Part shown: piece by piece, positions 1-10,859 of the stretch
Numbering within the stretch: position 1 is the stretch's first letter
How the letters are laid out: each line of letters starts with the position of its first letter
Assembly: GCA_043228905.1 (NCBI GenBank)
Contig: JBHGNT010000113.1
Span: 18,064-82,063, forward strand
DNA length: 64,000 nt
Reading direction: 5' to 3'
Source: Azolla caroliniana
Taxonomy: Eukaryota > Plantae > Polypodiophyta
The notes under the pieces: model-generated
Databases searched by the model: none
What the model saw: the letters and a program-made list of their open reading frames with translations, nothing else
Told to the model about the DNA's origin: nothing
Program-made: the position numbers and the translations under genes

Positions 1-114
1 CAACAACGTCGCCAATTCAAGGCCGATGACGAGGAAAGAGCTCTAGGCGTCGCCGCCTCCCGCCTACTCCAACAGTGCGATCTTCGCCCTCGTGCTTGTA
101 TTCGTCGCTTCTAA
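1..114 (+). CDS. 3' end of a 2S-albumin-like storage protein gene (copy 0, truncated by window edge)
   Basis: Reads QQRRQFKADDEERALGVAASRLLQQCDLRPRACIRRF* from base 1; TAA at 112-114. Confidence 0.9.
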   Translation, partial: QQRRQFKADDEERALGVAASRLLQQCDLRPRACIRRF

Positions 115-207
115 ATATTACATAAACCTTGTTCAAATTATTCTCGTGGTCTCTCTCTAATTACACCCACACGAACAAGTGCGTCTCCCCAATCGCGCAT
201 TACACCC

Positions 208-270
208 ACACGAACGTAAACACGAGCACCAACGTCCCTCCAACACGAACGTAAACACGACCACCAACGT
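208..270 (+). repeat. Two 28-bp direct repeats (ACACGAACGTAAACACGA[G/C]CACCAACGT), 35-bp period, in every spacer
   Basis: Copies at 208-235 and 243-270 differ at one base; present in each unit. Confidence 0.85.
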
Positions 271-583
271 ATAGAATTTGCCTATAGGGGACCGCAAACC
301 ACCCAAACGGAAAAAAAATATCAAAGCAGAACACCCATACCGCACACGCCACGGCAACGGCTAAGGTCAACTTGTACACGCGGCGAATGTGAACTTGCTT
401 CCACACTTGCCCGATAGGACACTCCTAGTGTGGTAGTCCGGTTAGCTTTCCTTGTCGTCGTCGTTACCAACCCCTCGTCCGAACGAGCGAGTACGGACAC
501 CGGTCTATCTACGTTCATCGATGTAGCACACTCGGGAGCCACCACTCGTCCCGCAGTAGCCTCCGCGTGCTTAGTGTCTCGGC

Positions 584-905
584 ACTAGCGCGTGCTAGTT
601 TAATGTGCACGTGCCCGCACACCCCTACGCGCACGCGCGAGTGCGCACATCTACCTACGTATGTATAAATGTTATGTTGCTCGACAAGCTCTCGCGCGAG
701 GAGGAGGAGGAGTACCCGCCACAGGTTGCGCCCAGATTGTCTGGTGACAATACGACACCTAGGACTAGCCTAGACGTGTGGGAGGGTGGACTAGTTGGTA
801 TGGGTCTTGGGCAAGAGTTGTACGCAGGGACACACACGTTATGGTAATGGGAGTGGTGAGTGACATGCATGTGCTCTGATTGCATGGCCATGTGTATATA
901 TTAAA
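584..905 (+). promoter_or_regulatory. Storage-protein-type promoter (repeated in every unit): G-box, ABRE-like ACGTGT motifs, two RY elements, TATA box
   Basis: CACGTG 608-613; ACGTGT 774-779 and reverse ACACGT 834-839; CATGCATG 864-871; TGCATG 881-886; TATATATTAAA 895-905, about 70 bp upstream of the ATG at 972 (context GCAATGGC). RY plus ABRE/G-box is the established B3 (ABI3/FUS3/LEC2) and bZIP module of seed storage genes. Confidence 0.75.
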
Positions 906-971
906 GGTGGAGGGAGCAATGTCAATACAATCCATTAGGAGACAAGCACCGGGATCATAAGGACAATCGCA

Positions 972-1757
972 ATGGCAAAGCTTACTTCCGTATTCCTCAT
1001 GGCCGTGATCATGCTCGCCGCGTGTACCGCGGCCAATGCTAGGTCTGTAGGGCGGGACCGTGAAGAGGAGCGACGCGATCGACGTCGTGAGGGAGACATT
1101 GACGAAGAGAGGCGCGATCGACGCCGAGAGGGGGAGTGCGATGACGAGAGGCGCGAGCGACGTCGTGAGGGGTTCCTTGAGGAGGGGCGCCGCTACAGAG
1201 ACAACAAGAGAGACTCCGAAGAGGAAAGGGAACGTCGTAGCCGTGGTCGCGATGAGCCACGTGACGAGGAACTGAGGCGAGAGTGCGGTGATTTCATCGA
1301 CAAGCAGATCCGAGAGCTACAAGAGCGCTCCGAAAGAGAGGAAGGTGAACAAGGACGTCGCTCCCCATGGATCGAAAACACTCGATACTCAAGACCCTCG
1401 GAACGGTGCTGCAGGAACGTCGAACGAATCCCCGCCGAAGATCGATGCGATCGCCTACGTGATGCCTTGTATGCTGACGAGGAGGAACGACGCAATGATG
1501 AAGGCCGACGCCATGGCCAACAATCAAGGGAACACCGTAGCTGGGAGGAAGAGGACGAGGAGCGCGAGAGAGATAGCAGCCGTGAGCGACGAGAGGGTGA
1601 CGAACGCCGCCACCGCATGTCTCGACGACAAGAGGACGAACGTCAACAACGTCGCCAATTCAAGGCCGATGACGAGGAAAGAGCTCTAGGCGTCGCCGCC
1701 TCCCGCCTACTCCAACAGTGCGATCTTCGCCCTCGTGCTTGTATTCGTCGCTTCTAA
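972..1757 (+). CDS. 2S-albumin-like Arg/Glu-rich seed/spore storage protein precursor, 261 aa (copy 1)
   Basis: Hydrophobic signal peptide MAKLTSVFLMAVIMLAACTAANA; Cys skeleton ECGDFI...PSERCC...DRC...LLQQC...RAC resembling the prolamin-superfamily 8-Cys motif; very R/E/D-rich; RY-box promoter. Family assignment is by motif recognition, not a search. Confidence 0.85.
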   Translation: MAKLTSVFLMAVIMLAACTAANARSVGRDREEERRDRRREGDIDEERRDRRREGECDDERRERRREGFLEEGRRYRDNKRDSEEERERRSRGRDEPRDEELRRECGDFIDKQIRELQERSEREEGEQGRRSPWIENTRYSRPSERCCRNVERIPAEDRCDRLRDALYADEEERRNDEGRRHGQQSREHRSWEEEDEERERDSSRERREGDERRHRMSRRQEDERQQRRQFKADDEERALGVAASRLLQQCDLRPRACIRRF

Positions 1758-2614
1758 ATAGTACATAAACCTTGTTCAAATTATTCTCGTGGTCTCTCTC
1801 TAATTACACCCACACGAACAAGTGCGTCTCCCCAATCGCGCATTACACCCACACGAACGTAAACACGAGCACCAACGTCCCTCCAACACGAACGTAAACA
1901 CGACCACCAACGTATAGAATTTGCCTATAGGGGACCGCAAACCACCCAAACGGAAAAAAAATATCAAAGCAGAACACCCATACCGCACACGCCACGGCAA
2001 CGGCTAAGGTCAACTTGTACACGCGGCGAATGTGAACTTGCTTCCACACTTGCCCGATAGGACACTCCTAGTGTGGTAGTCCGGTTAGCTTTCCTTGTCG
2101 TCGTCGTTACCAACCCCTCGTCCGAACGAGCGAGTACGGACACCGGTCTATCTACGTTCATCGATGTAGCACACTCGGGAGCCACCACTCGTCCCGCAGT
2201 AGCCTCCGCGTGCTTAGTGTCTCGGCACTAGCGCGTGCTAGTTTAATGTGCACGTGCCCGCACACCCCTACGCGCACGCACGAGTGCGCACATCTACCTA
2301 CGTATGTATAAATGTTATGTTGCTCGACAAGCTCTCGCGCGAGGAGGAGGAGGAGTACCCGCCACAGGTTGCGCCCAGATTGTCTGGTGACAATACGACA
2401 CCTAGGACTAGCCTAGACGTGTGGGAGGGTGGACTAGTTGGTATGGGTCTTGGGCAAGAGTTGTACGCAGGGACACACACGTTATGGTAATGGGAGTGGT
2501 GAGTGACATGCATGTGCTCTGATTGCATGGCCATGTGTATATATTAAAGGTGGAGGGAGCAATGTCAATACAATCCATTAGGAGACAAGCACCGGGATCA
2601 TAAGGACAATCGCA

Positions 2615-3400
2615 ATGGCAAAGCTTACTTCCGTATTCCTCATGGCCGTGATCATGCTCGCCGCGTGTACCGCGGCCAATGCTAGGTCTGTAGGGCGGGA
2701 CCGTGAAGAGGAGCGACGCGATCGACGTCGTGAGGGAGACATTGACGAGGAGAGGCGCGATCGACGCCGAGAGGGGGAGTGCGATGACGAGAGGCGCGAG
2801 CGACGTCGTGAGGGGTTCCTTGAGGAGGGGCGCCGCTACAGAGACAACAAGAGAGACTCCGAAGAGGAAAGGGAACGTCGTAGCCGTGGTCGCGATGAGC
2901 CACGTGACGAGGAACTGAGGCGAGAGTGCGGTGATTTCATCGACAAGCAGATCCGAGAGCTACAAGAGCGCTCCGAAAGAGAGGAAGGTGAACAAGGACG
3001 TCGCTCCCCATGGATCGAAAACACTCGATACTCAAGACCCTCGGAACGGTGCTGCAGGAACGTCGAACGAATCCCCGCCGAAGATCGATGCGATCGCCTA
3101 CGTGATGCCTTGTATGCTGACGAGGAGGAACGACGCAATGATGAAGGCCGACGCCATGGCCAACAATCAAGGGAACACCGTAGCTGGGAGGAAGAGGACG
3201 AGGAGCGCGAGAGAGATAGCAGCCGTGAGCGACGAGAGGGTGACGAACGCCGCCACCGCATGTCTCGACGACAAGAGGACGAACGTCAACAACGTCGCCA
3301 ATTCAAGGCCGATGACGAGGAAAGAGCTCTAGGCGTCGCCGCCTCCCGCCTACTCCAACAGTGCGATCTTCGCCCTCGTGCTTGTATTCGTCGCTTCTAA
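2615..3400 (+). CDS. 2S-albumin-like storage protein (copy 2)
   Basis: Intact 261-aa ORF, consensus protein. Confidence 0.85.
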   Translation: MAKLTSVFLMAVIMLAACTAANARSVGRDREEERRDRRREGDIDEERRDRRREGECDDERRERRREGFLEEGRRYRDNKRDSEEERERRSRGRDEPRDEELRRECGDFIDKQIRELQERSEREEGEQGRRSPWIENTRYSRPSERCCRNVERIPAEDRCDRLRDALYADEEERRNDEGRRHGQQSREHRSWEEEDEERERDSSRERREGDERRHRMSRRQEDERQQRRQFKADDEERALGVAASRLLQQCDLRPRACIRRF

Positions 3401-4263
3401 ATAGTACATAAACCTTGTTCAAATTATTCTCGTGGTCTCTCTCTAATTTCTCGTAAGTGTTTACGAACAAGTGCGTCTCCCCAATCGCGCATTACACCCA
3501 CACGAACGTAAACACGAGCACCAACGTCCCTCCAACACGAACGTAAACACGACCACCAACGTATAGAATTTGCCTATAGGGGACCGCAAACCACCCAAAC
3601 GGAAAAAAAATATCAAAGCAGAACACCCATACCGCACACGCCACGGCAACGGCTAAGGTCAACTTGTACACGCGGCGAATGTGAACTTGCTTCCACACTT
3701 GCCCGATAGGACACTCCTAGTGTGGTAGTCCGGTTAGCTTTCCTTGTCGTCGTCGTTACCAACCCCTCGTCCGAACGAGCGAGTACGGACACCGGTCTAT
3801 CTACGTTCATCGAAGTAGCACACTCGGGAGCCACCACTCGTCCCGCAGTAGCCTCCGCGTGCTTAGTGTCTCGGCACTAGCGCGTGCTAGTTTAATGTGC
3901 ACGTGCCCGCACACCCCTACGCGCACGCGCGAGTGCGCACATCTACCTACGTATGTATAAATGTTATGTTGCTCGACAAGCTCTCGCGCGAGGAGGAGGA
4001 GGAGTACCCGCCACAGGTTGCGCCCAGATTGTCTGGTGACAATACGACACCTAGGACTAGCCTAGACGTGTGGGAGGGTGGACTAGTTGGTATGGGTCTT
4101 GGGCAAGAGTTGTACGCAGGGACACACACGTTATGGTAATGGGAGTGGTGAGTGACATGCATGTGCTCTGATTGCATGGCCATGTGTATATATTAAAGGT
4201 GGAGGGAGCAATGTCAATACAATCCATTAGGAGACAAGCACCGGGATCATAAGGACAATCGCA

Positions 4264-5049
4264 ATGGCAAAGCTTACTTCCGTATTCCTCATGGCCGTGA
4301 TCATGCTCGCCGCGTGTACCGCGGCCAATGCTAGGTCTGTAGGGCGGGACCGTGAAGAGGAGCGACGCGATCGACGTCGTGAGGGAGACATTGACGAGGA
4401 GAGGCGCGATCGACGCCGAGAGGGGGAGTGCGATGACGAGAGGCGCGAGCGACGTCGTGAGGGGTTCCTTGAGGAGGGGCGCCGCTACAGAGACAACAAG
4501 AGAGACTCCGAAGAGGAAAGGGAACGTCGTAGCCGTGGTCGCGATGAGCCACGTGACGAGGAACTGAGGCGAGAGTGCGGTGATTTCATCGACAAGCAGA
4601 TCCGAGAGCTACAAGAGCGCTCCGAAAGAGAGGAAGGTGAACAAGGACGTCGCTCCCCATGGATCGAAAACACTCGATACTCAAGACCCTCGGAACGGTG
4701 CTGCAGGAACGTCGAACGAATCCCCGCCGAAGATCGATGCGATCGCCTACGTGATGCCTTGTATGCTGACGAGGAGGAACGACGCAATGATGAAGGCCGA
4801 CGCCATGGCCAACAATCAAGGGAACACCGTAGCTGGGAGGAAGAGGACGAGGAGCGCGAGAGAGATAGCAGCCGTGAGCGACGAGAGGGTGACGAACGCC
4901 GCCACCGCATGTCTCGACGACAAGAGGACGAACGTCAACAACGTCGCCAATTCAAGGCCGATGACGAGGAAAGAGCTCTAGGCGTCGCCGCCTCCCGCCT
5001 ACTCCAACAGTGCGATCTTCGCCCTCGTGCTTGTATTCGTCGCTTCTAA
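4264..5049 (+). CDS. 2S-albumin-like storage protein (copy 3)
   Basis: Intact 261-aa ORF, consensus protein. Confidence 0.85.
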   Translation: MAKLTSVFLMAVIMLAACTAANARSVGRDREEERRDRRREGDIDEERRDRRREGECDDERRERRREGFLEEGRRYRDNKRDSEEERERRSRGRDEPRDEELRRECGDFIDKQIRELQERSEREEGEQGRRSPWIENTRYSRPSERCCRNVERIPAEDRCDRLRDALYADEEERRNDEGRRHGQQSREHRSWEEEDEERERDSSRERREGDERRHRMSRRQEDERQQRRQFKADDEERALGVAASRLLQQCDLRPRACIRRF

Positions 5050-5912
5050 ATAGTACATAAACCTTGTTCAAATTATTCTCGTGGTCTCTCTCTAATTTCT
5101 CGTAAGTGTTTACGAACAAGTGCGTCTCCCCAATCGCGCATTACACCCACACGAACGTAAACACGAGCACCAACGTCCCTCCAACACGAACGTAAACACG
5201 ACCACCAACGTATAGAATTTGCCTATAGGGGACCGCAAACCACCCAAACGGAAAAAAAATATCAAAGCAGAACACCCATACCGCACACGCCACGGCAACG
5301 GCTAAGGTCAACTTGTACACGCGGCGAATGTGAACTTGCTTCCACACTTGCCCGATAGGACACTCCTAGTGTGGTAGTCCGGTTAGCTTTCCTTGTCGTC
5401 GTCGTTACCAACCCCTCGTCCGAACGAGCGAGTACGGACACCGGTCTATCTACGTTTATCGATGTAGCACACTCGGGAGCCACCACTCGTCCCGCAGTAG
5501 CCTCCGCGTGCTTAGTGTCTCGGCACTAGCGCGTGCTAGTTTAATGTGCACGTGCCCGCACACCCCTACGCGCACGCGCGAGTGCGCACATCTACCTACG
5601 TATGTATAAATGTTATGTTGCTCGACAAGCTCTCGCGCGAGGAGGAGGAGGAGTACCCGCCACAGGTTGCGCCCAGATTGTCTGGTGACAATACGACACC
5701 TAGGACTAGCCTAGACGTGTGGGAGGGTGGACTAGTTGGTATGGGTCTTGGGCAAGAGTTGTACGCAGGGACACACACGTTATGGTAATGGGAGTGGTGA
5801 GTGACATGCATGTGCTCTGATTGCATGGCCATGTGTATATATTAAAGGTGGAGGGAGCAATGTCAATACAATCCATTAGGAGACAAGCACCGGGATCATA
5901 AGGACAATCGCA

Positions 5913-6698
5913 ATGGCAAAGCTTACTTCCGTATTCCTCATGGCCGTGATCATGCTCGCCGCGTGTACCGCGGCCAATGCTAGGTCTGTAGGGCGGGACC
6001 GTGAAGAGGAGCGACGCGATCGACGTCGTGAGGGAGACATTGACGAGGAGAGGCGCGATCGACGCCGAGAGGGGGAGTGCGATGACGAGAGGCGCGAGCG
6101 ACGTCGTGAGGGGTTCCTTGAGGAGGGGCGCCGCTACAGAGACAACAAGAGAGACTCCGAAGAGGAAAGGGAACGTCGTAGCCGTGGTCGCGATGAGCCA
6201 CGTGACGAGGAACTGAGGCGAGAGTGCGGTGATTTCATCGACAAGCAGATCCGAGAGCTACAAGAGCGCTCCGAAAGAGAGGAAGGTGAACAAGGACGTC
6301 GCTCCCCATGGATCGAAAACACTCGATACTCAAGACCCTCGGAACGGTGCTGCAGGAACGTCGAACGAATCCCCGCCGAAGATCGATGCGATCGCCTACG
6401 TGATGCCTTGTATGCTGACGAGGAGGAACGACGCAATGATGAAGGCCGACGCCATGGCCAACAATCAAGGGAACACCGTAGCTGGGAGGAAGAGGACGAG
6501 GAGCGCGAGAGAGATAGCAGCCGTGAGCGACGAGAGGGTGACGAACGCCGCCACCGCATGTCTCGACGACGAGAGGACGAACGTCAACAACGTCGCCAAT
6601 TCAAGGCCGATGACGAGGAAAGAGCTCTAGGCGTCGCCGCCTCCCGCCTACTCCAACAGTGCGATCTTCGCCCTCGTGCTTGTATTCGTCGCTTCTAA
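5913..6698 (+). CDS. 2S-albumin-like storage protein (copy 4, Q220R)
   Basis: Intact 261-aa ORF; SRRRED instead of SRRQED. Confidence 0.85.
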   Translation: MAKLTSVFLMAVIMLAACTAANARSVGRDREEERRDRRREGDIDEERRDRRREGECDDERRERRREGFLEEGRRYRDNKRDSEEERERRSRGRDEPRDEELRRECGDFIDKQIRELQERSEREEGEQGRRSPWIENTRYSRPSERCCRNVERIPAEDRCDRLRDALYADEEERRNDEGRRHGQQSREHRSWEEEDEERERDSSRERREGDERRHRMSRRREDERQQRRQFKADDEERALGVAASRLLQQCDLRPRACIRRF

Positions 6699-7561
6699 AT
6701 AGTACATAAACCTTGTTCAAATTATTCTCGTGGTCTCTCTCTAATTTCTCGTAAGTGTTTACGAACAAGTGCGTCTCCCCAATCGCGCATTACACCCACA
6801 CGAACGTAAACACGAGCACCAACGTCCCTCCAACACGAACGTAAACACGACCACCAACGTATAGAATTTGCCTATAGGGGACCGCAAACCACCCAAACGG
6901 AAAAAAAATATCAAAGCAGAACACCCATACCGCACACGCCACGGCAACGGCTAAGGTCAACTTGTACACGCGGCGAATGTGAACTTGCTTCCACACTTGC
7001 CCGATAGGACACTCCTAGTGTGGTAGTCCGGTTAGCTTTCCTTGTCGTCGTCGTTACCAACCCCTCGTCCGAACGAGCGAGTACGGACACCGGTCTATCT
7101 ACGTTCATCGATGTAGCACACTCGGGAGCCACCACTCGTCCCGCAGTAGCCTCCGCGTGCTTAGTGTCTCGGCACTAGCGCGTGCTAGTTTAATGTGCAC
7201 GTGCCCGCACACCCCTACGCGCACGCGCGAGTGCGCACATCTACCTACGTATGTATAAATGTTATGTTGCTCGACAAGCTCTCGCGCGAGGAGGAGGAGG
7301 AGTACCCGCCACAGGTTGCGCCCAGATTGTCTGGTGACAATACGACACCTAGGACTAGCCTAGACGTGTGGGAGGGTGGACTAGTTGGTATGGGTCTTGG
7401 GCAAGAGTTGTACGCAGGGACACACACGTTATGGTAATGGGAGTGGTGAGTGACATGCATGTGCTCTGATTGCATGGCCATGTGTATATATTAAAGGTGG
7501 AGGGAGCAATGTCAATACAATCCATTAGGAGACAAGCACCGGGATCATAAGGACAATCGCA

Positions 7562-8347
7562 ATGGCAAAGCTTACTTCCGTATTCCTCATGGCCGTGATC
7601 ATGCTCGCCGCGTGTACCGCGGCCAATGCTAGGTCTGTAGGGCGGGACCGTGAAGAGGAGCGACGCGATCGACGTCGTGAGGGAGACATTGACGAGGAGA
7701 GGCGCGATCGACGCCGAGAGGGGGAGTGCGATGACGAGAGGCGCGAGCGACGTCGTGAGGGGTTCCTTGAGGAGGGGCGCCGCTACAGAGACAACAAGAG
7801 AGACTCCGAAGAGGAAAGGGAACGTCGTAGCCGTGGTCGCGATGAGCCACGTGACGAGGAACTGAGGCGAGAGTGCGGTGATTTCATCGACAAGCAGATC
7901 CGAGAGCTACAAGAGCGCTCCGAAAGAGAGGAAGGTGAACAAGGACGTCGCTCCCCATGGATCGAAAACACTCGATACTCAAGACCCTCGGAACGGTGCT
8001 GCAGGAACGTCGAACGAATCCCCGCCGAAGATCGATGCGATCGCCTACGTGATGCCTTGTATGCTGACGAGGAGGAACGACGCAATGATGAAGGCCGACG
8101 CCATGGCCAACAATCAAGGGAACACCGTAGCTGGGAGGAAGAGGACGAGGAGCGCGAGAGAGATAGCAGCCGTGAGCGACGAGAGGGTGACGAACGCCGC
8201 CACCGCATGTCTCGACGACGAGAGGACGAACGTCAACAACGTCGCCAATTCAAGGCCGATGACGAGGAAAGAGCTCTAGGCGTCGCCGCCTCCCGCCTAC
8301 TCCAACAGTGCGATCTTCGCCCTCGTGCTTGTATTCGTCGCTTCTAA
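7562..8347 (+). CDS. 2S-albumin-like storage protein (copy 5, Q220R)
   Basis: Intact 261-aa ORF; shares Q220R with adjacent copy 4. Confidence 0.85.
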   Translation: MAKLTSVFLMAVIMLAACTAANARSVGRDREEERRDRRREGDIDEERRDRRREGECDDERRERRREGFLEEGRRYRDNKRDSEEERERRSRGRDEPRDEELRRECGDFIDKQIRELQERSEREEGEQGRRSPWIENTRYSRPSERCCRNVERIPAEDRCDRLRDALYADEEERRNDEGRRHGQQSREHRSWEEEDEERERDSSRERREGDERRHRMSRRREDERQQRRQFKADDEERALGVAASRLLQQCDLRPRACIRRF

Positions 8348-9210
8348 ATAGTACATAAACCTTGTTCAAATTATTCTCGTGGTCTCTCTCTAATTTCTCG
8401 TAAGTGTTTACGAACAAGTGCGTCTCCCCAATCGCGCATTACACCCACACGAACGTAAACACGAGCACCAACGTCCCTCCAACACGAACGTAAACACGAC
8501 CACCAACGTATAGAATTTGCCTATAGGGGACCGCAAACCACCCAAACGGAAAAAAAATATCAAAGCAGAACACCCATACCGCACACGCCACGGCAACGGC
8601 TAAGGTCAACTTGTACACGCGGCGAATGTGAACTTGCTTCCACACTTGCCCGATAGGACACTCCTAGTGTGGTAGTCCGGTTAGCTTTCCTTGTCGTCGT
8701 CGTTACCAACCCCTCGTCCGAACGAGCGAGTACGGACACCGGTCTATCTACGTTCATCGATGTAGCACACTCGGGAGCCACCACTCGTCCCGCAGTAGCC
8801 TCCGCGTGCTTAGTGTCTCGGCACTAGCGCGTGCTAGTTTAATGTGCACGTGCCCGCACACCCCTACGCGCACGCGCGAGTGCGCACATCTACCTACGTA
8901 TGTATAAATGTTATGTTGCTCGACAAGCTCTCGCGCGAGGAGGAGGAGGAGTACCCGCCACAGGTTGCGCCCAGATTGTCTGGTGACAATACGACACCTA
9001 GGACTAGCCTAGACGTGTGGGAGGGTGGACTAGTTGGTATGGGTCTTGGGCAAGAGTTGTACGCAGGGACACACACGTTATGGTAATGGGAGTGGTGAGT
9101 GACATGCATGTGCTCTGATTGCATGGCCATGTGTATATATTAAAGGTGGAGGGAGCAATGTCAATACAATCCATTAGGAGACAAGCACCGGGATCATAAG
9201 GACAATCGCA

Positions 9211-9996
9211 ATGGCAAAGCTTACTTCCGTATTCCTCATGGCCGTGATCATGCTCGCCGCGTGTACCGCGGCCAATGCTAGGTCTGTAGGGCGGGACCGT
9301 GAAGAGGAGCGACGCGATCGACGTCGTGAGGGAGACATTGACGAGGAGAGGCGCGATCGACGCCGAGAGGGGGAGTGCGATGACGAGAGGCGCGAGCGAC
9401 GTCGTGAGGGGTTCCTTGAGGAGGGGCGCCGCTACAGAGACAACAAGAGAGACTCCGAAGAGGAAAGGGAACGTCGTAGCCGTGGTCGCGATGAGCCACG
9501 TGACGAGGAACTGAGGCGAGAGTGCGGTGATTTCATCGACAAGCAGATCCGAGAGCTACAAGAGCGCTCCGAAAGAGAGGAAGGTGAACAAGGACGTCGC
9601 TCCCCATGGATCGAAAACACTCGATACTCAAGACCCTCGGAACGGTGCTGCAGGAACGTCGAACGAATCCCCGCCGAAGATCGATGCGATCGCCTACGTG
9701 ATGCCTTGTATGCTGACGAGGAGGAACGACGCAATGATGAAGGCCGACGCCATGGCCAACAATCAAGGGAACACCGTAGCTGGGAGGAAGAGGACGAGGA
9801 GCGCGAGAGAGATAGCAGCCGTGAGCGACGAGAGGGTGACGAACGCCGCCACCGCATGTCTCGACGACAAGAGGACGAACGTCAACAACGTCGCCAATTC
9901 AAGGCCGATGACGAGGAAAGAGCTCTAGGCGTCGCCGCCTCCCGCCTACTCCAACAGTGCGATCTTCGCCCTCGTGCTTGTATTCGTCGCTTCTAA
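9211..9996 (+). CDS. 2S-albumin-like storage protein (copy 6)
   Basis: Intact 261-aa ORF, consensus protein. Confidence 0.85.
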   Translation: MAKLTSVFLMAVIMLAACTAANARSVGRDREEERRDRRREGDIDEERRDRRREGECDDERRERRREGFLEEGRRYRDNKRDSEEERERRSRGRDEPRDEELRRECGDFIDKQIRELQERSEREEGEQGRRSPWIENTRYSRPSERCCRNVERIPAEDRCDRLRDALYADEEERRNDEGRRHGQQSREHRSWEEEDEERERDSSRERREGDERRHRMSRRQEDERQQRRQFKADDEERALGVAASRLLQQCDLRPRACIRRF

Positions 9997-10859
9997 ATAG
10001 TACATAAACCTTGTTCAAATTATTCTCGTGGTCTCTCTCTAATTTCTCGTAAGTGTTTACGAACAAGTGCGTCTCCCCAATCGCGCATTACACCCACACG
10101 AACGTAAACACGAGCACCAACGTCCCTCCAACACGAACGTAAACACGACCACCAACGTATAGAATTTGCCTATAGGGGACCGCAAACCACCCAAACGGAA
10201 AAAAAATATCAAAGCAGAACACCCATACCGCACACGCCACGGCAACGGCTAAGGTCAACTTGTACACGCGGCGAATGTGAACTTGCTTCCACACTTGCCC
10301 GATAGGACACTCCTAGTGTGGTAGTCCGGTTAGCTTTCCTTGTCGTCGTCGTTACCAACCCCTCGTCCGAACGAGCGAGTACGGACACCGGTCTATCTAC
10401 GTTCATCGATGTAGCACACTCGGGAGCCACCACTCGTCCCGCAGTAGCCTCCGCGTGCTTAGTGTCTCGGCACTAGCGCGTGCTAGTTTAATGTGCACGT
10501 GCCCGCACACCCCTACGCGCACGCGCGAGTGCGCACATCTACCTACATATGTATAAATGTTATGTTGCTCGACAAGCTCTCGCGCGAGGAGGAGGAGGAG
10601 TACCCGCCACAGGTTGCGCCCAGATTGTCTGGTGACAATACGACACCTAGGACTAGCCTAGACGTGTGGGAGGGTGGACTAGTTGGTATGGGTCTTGGGC
10701 AAGAGTTGTACGCAGGGACACACACGTTATGGTAATGGGAGTGGTGAGTGACATGCATGTGCTCTGATTGCATGGCCATGTGTATATATTAAAGGTGGAG
10801 GGAGCAATGTCAATACAATCCATTAGGAGACAAGCACCGGGATCATAAGGACAATCGCA

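Noticed and set aside
157-891. Short ORFs (62-80 aa) in every spacer on both strands
   Set aside because: No recognisable motifs, several use non-ATG starts, and they overlap the promoter; recurrence simply reflects the repeat.
972-1030. Bacterial lipoprotein signal (LAAC lipobox-like) suggesting a prokaryotic gene
   Set aside because: Plant cis-elements, Kozak-like context, albumin Cys pattern and a plant-type Ty3/gypsy insertion indicate a plant gene; cleavage after ANA is more plausible.
1039-1689. Alternative-frame and antisense ORFs (71-141 aa) over the albumin CDS
   Set aside because: Shadow ORFs expected from a GC-rich, low-complexity R/E codon pattern.
1758-1830. Canonical polyadenylation signal or terminator
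   Set aside because: No AATAAA seen; only weak variants (CATAAA), so no site is called.
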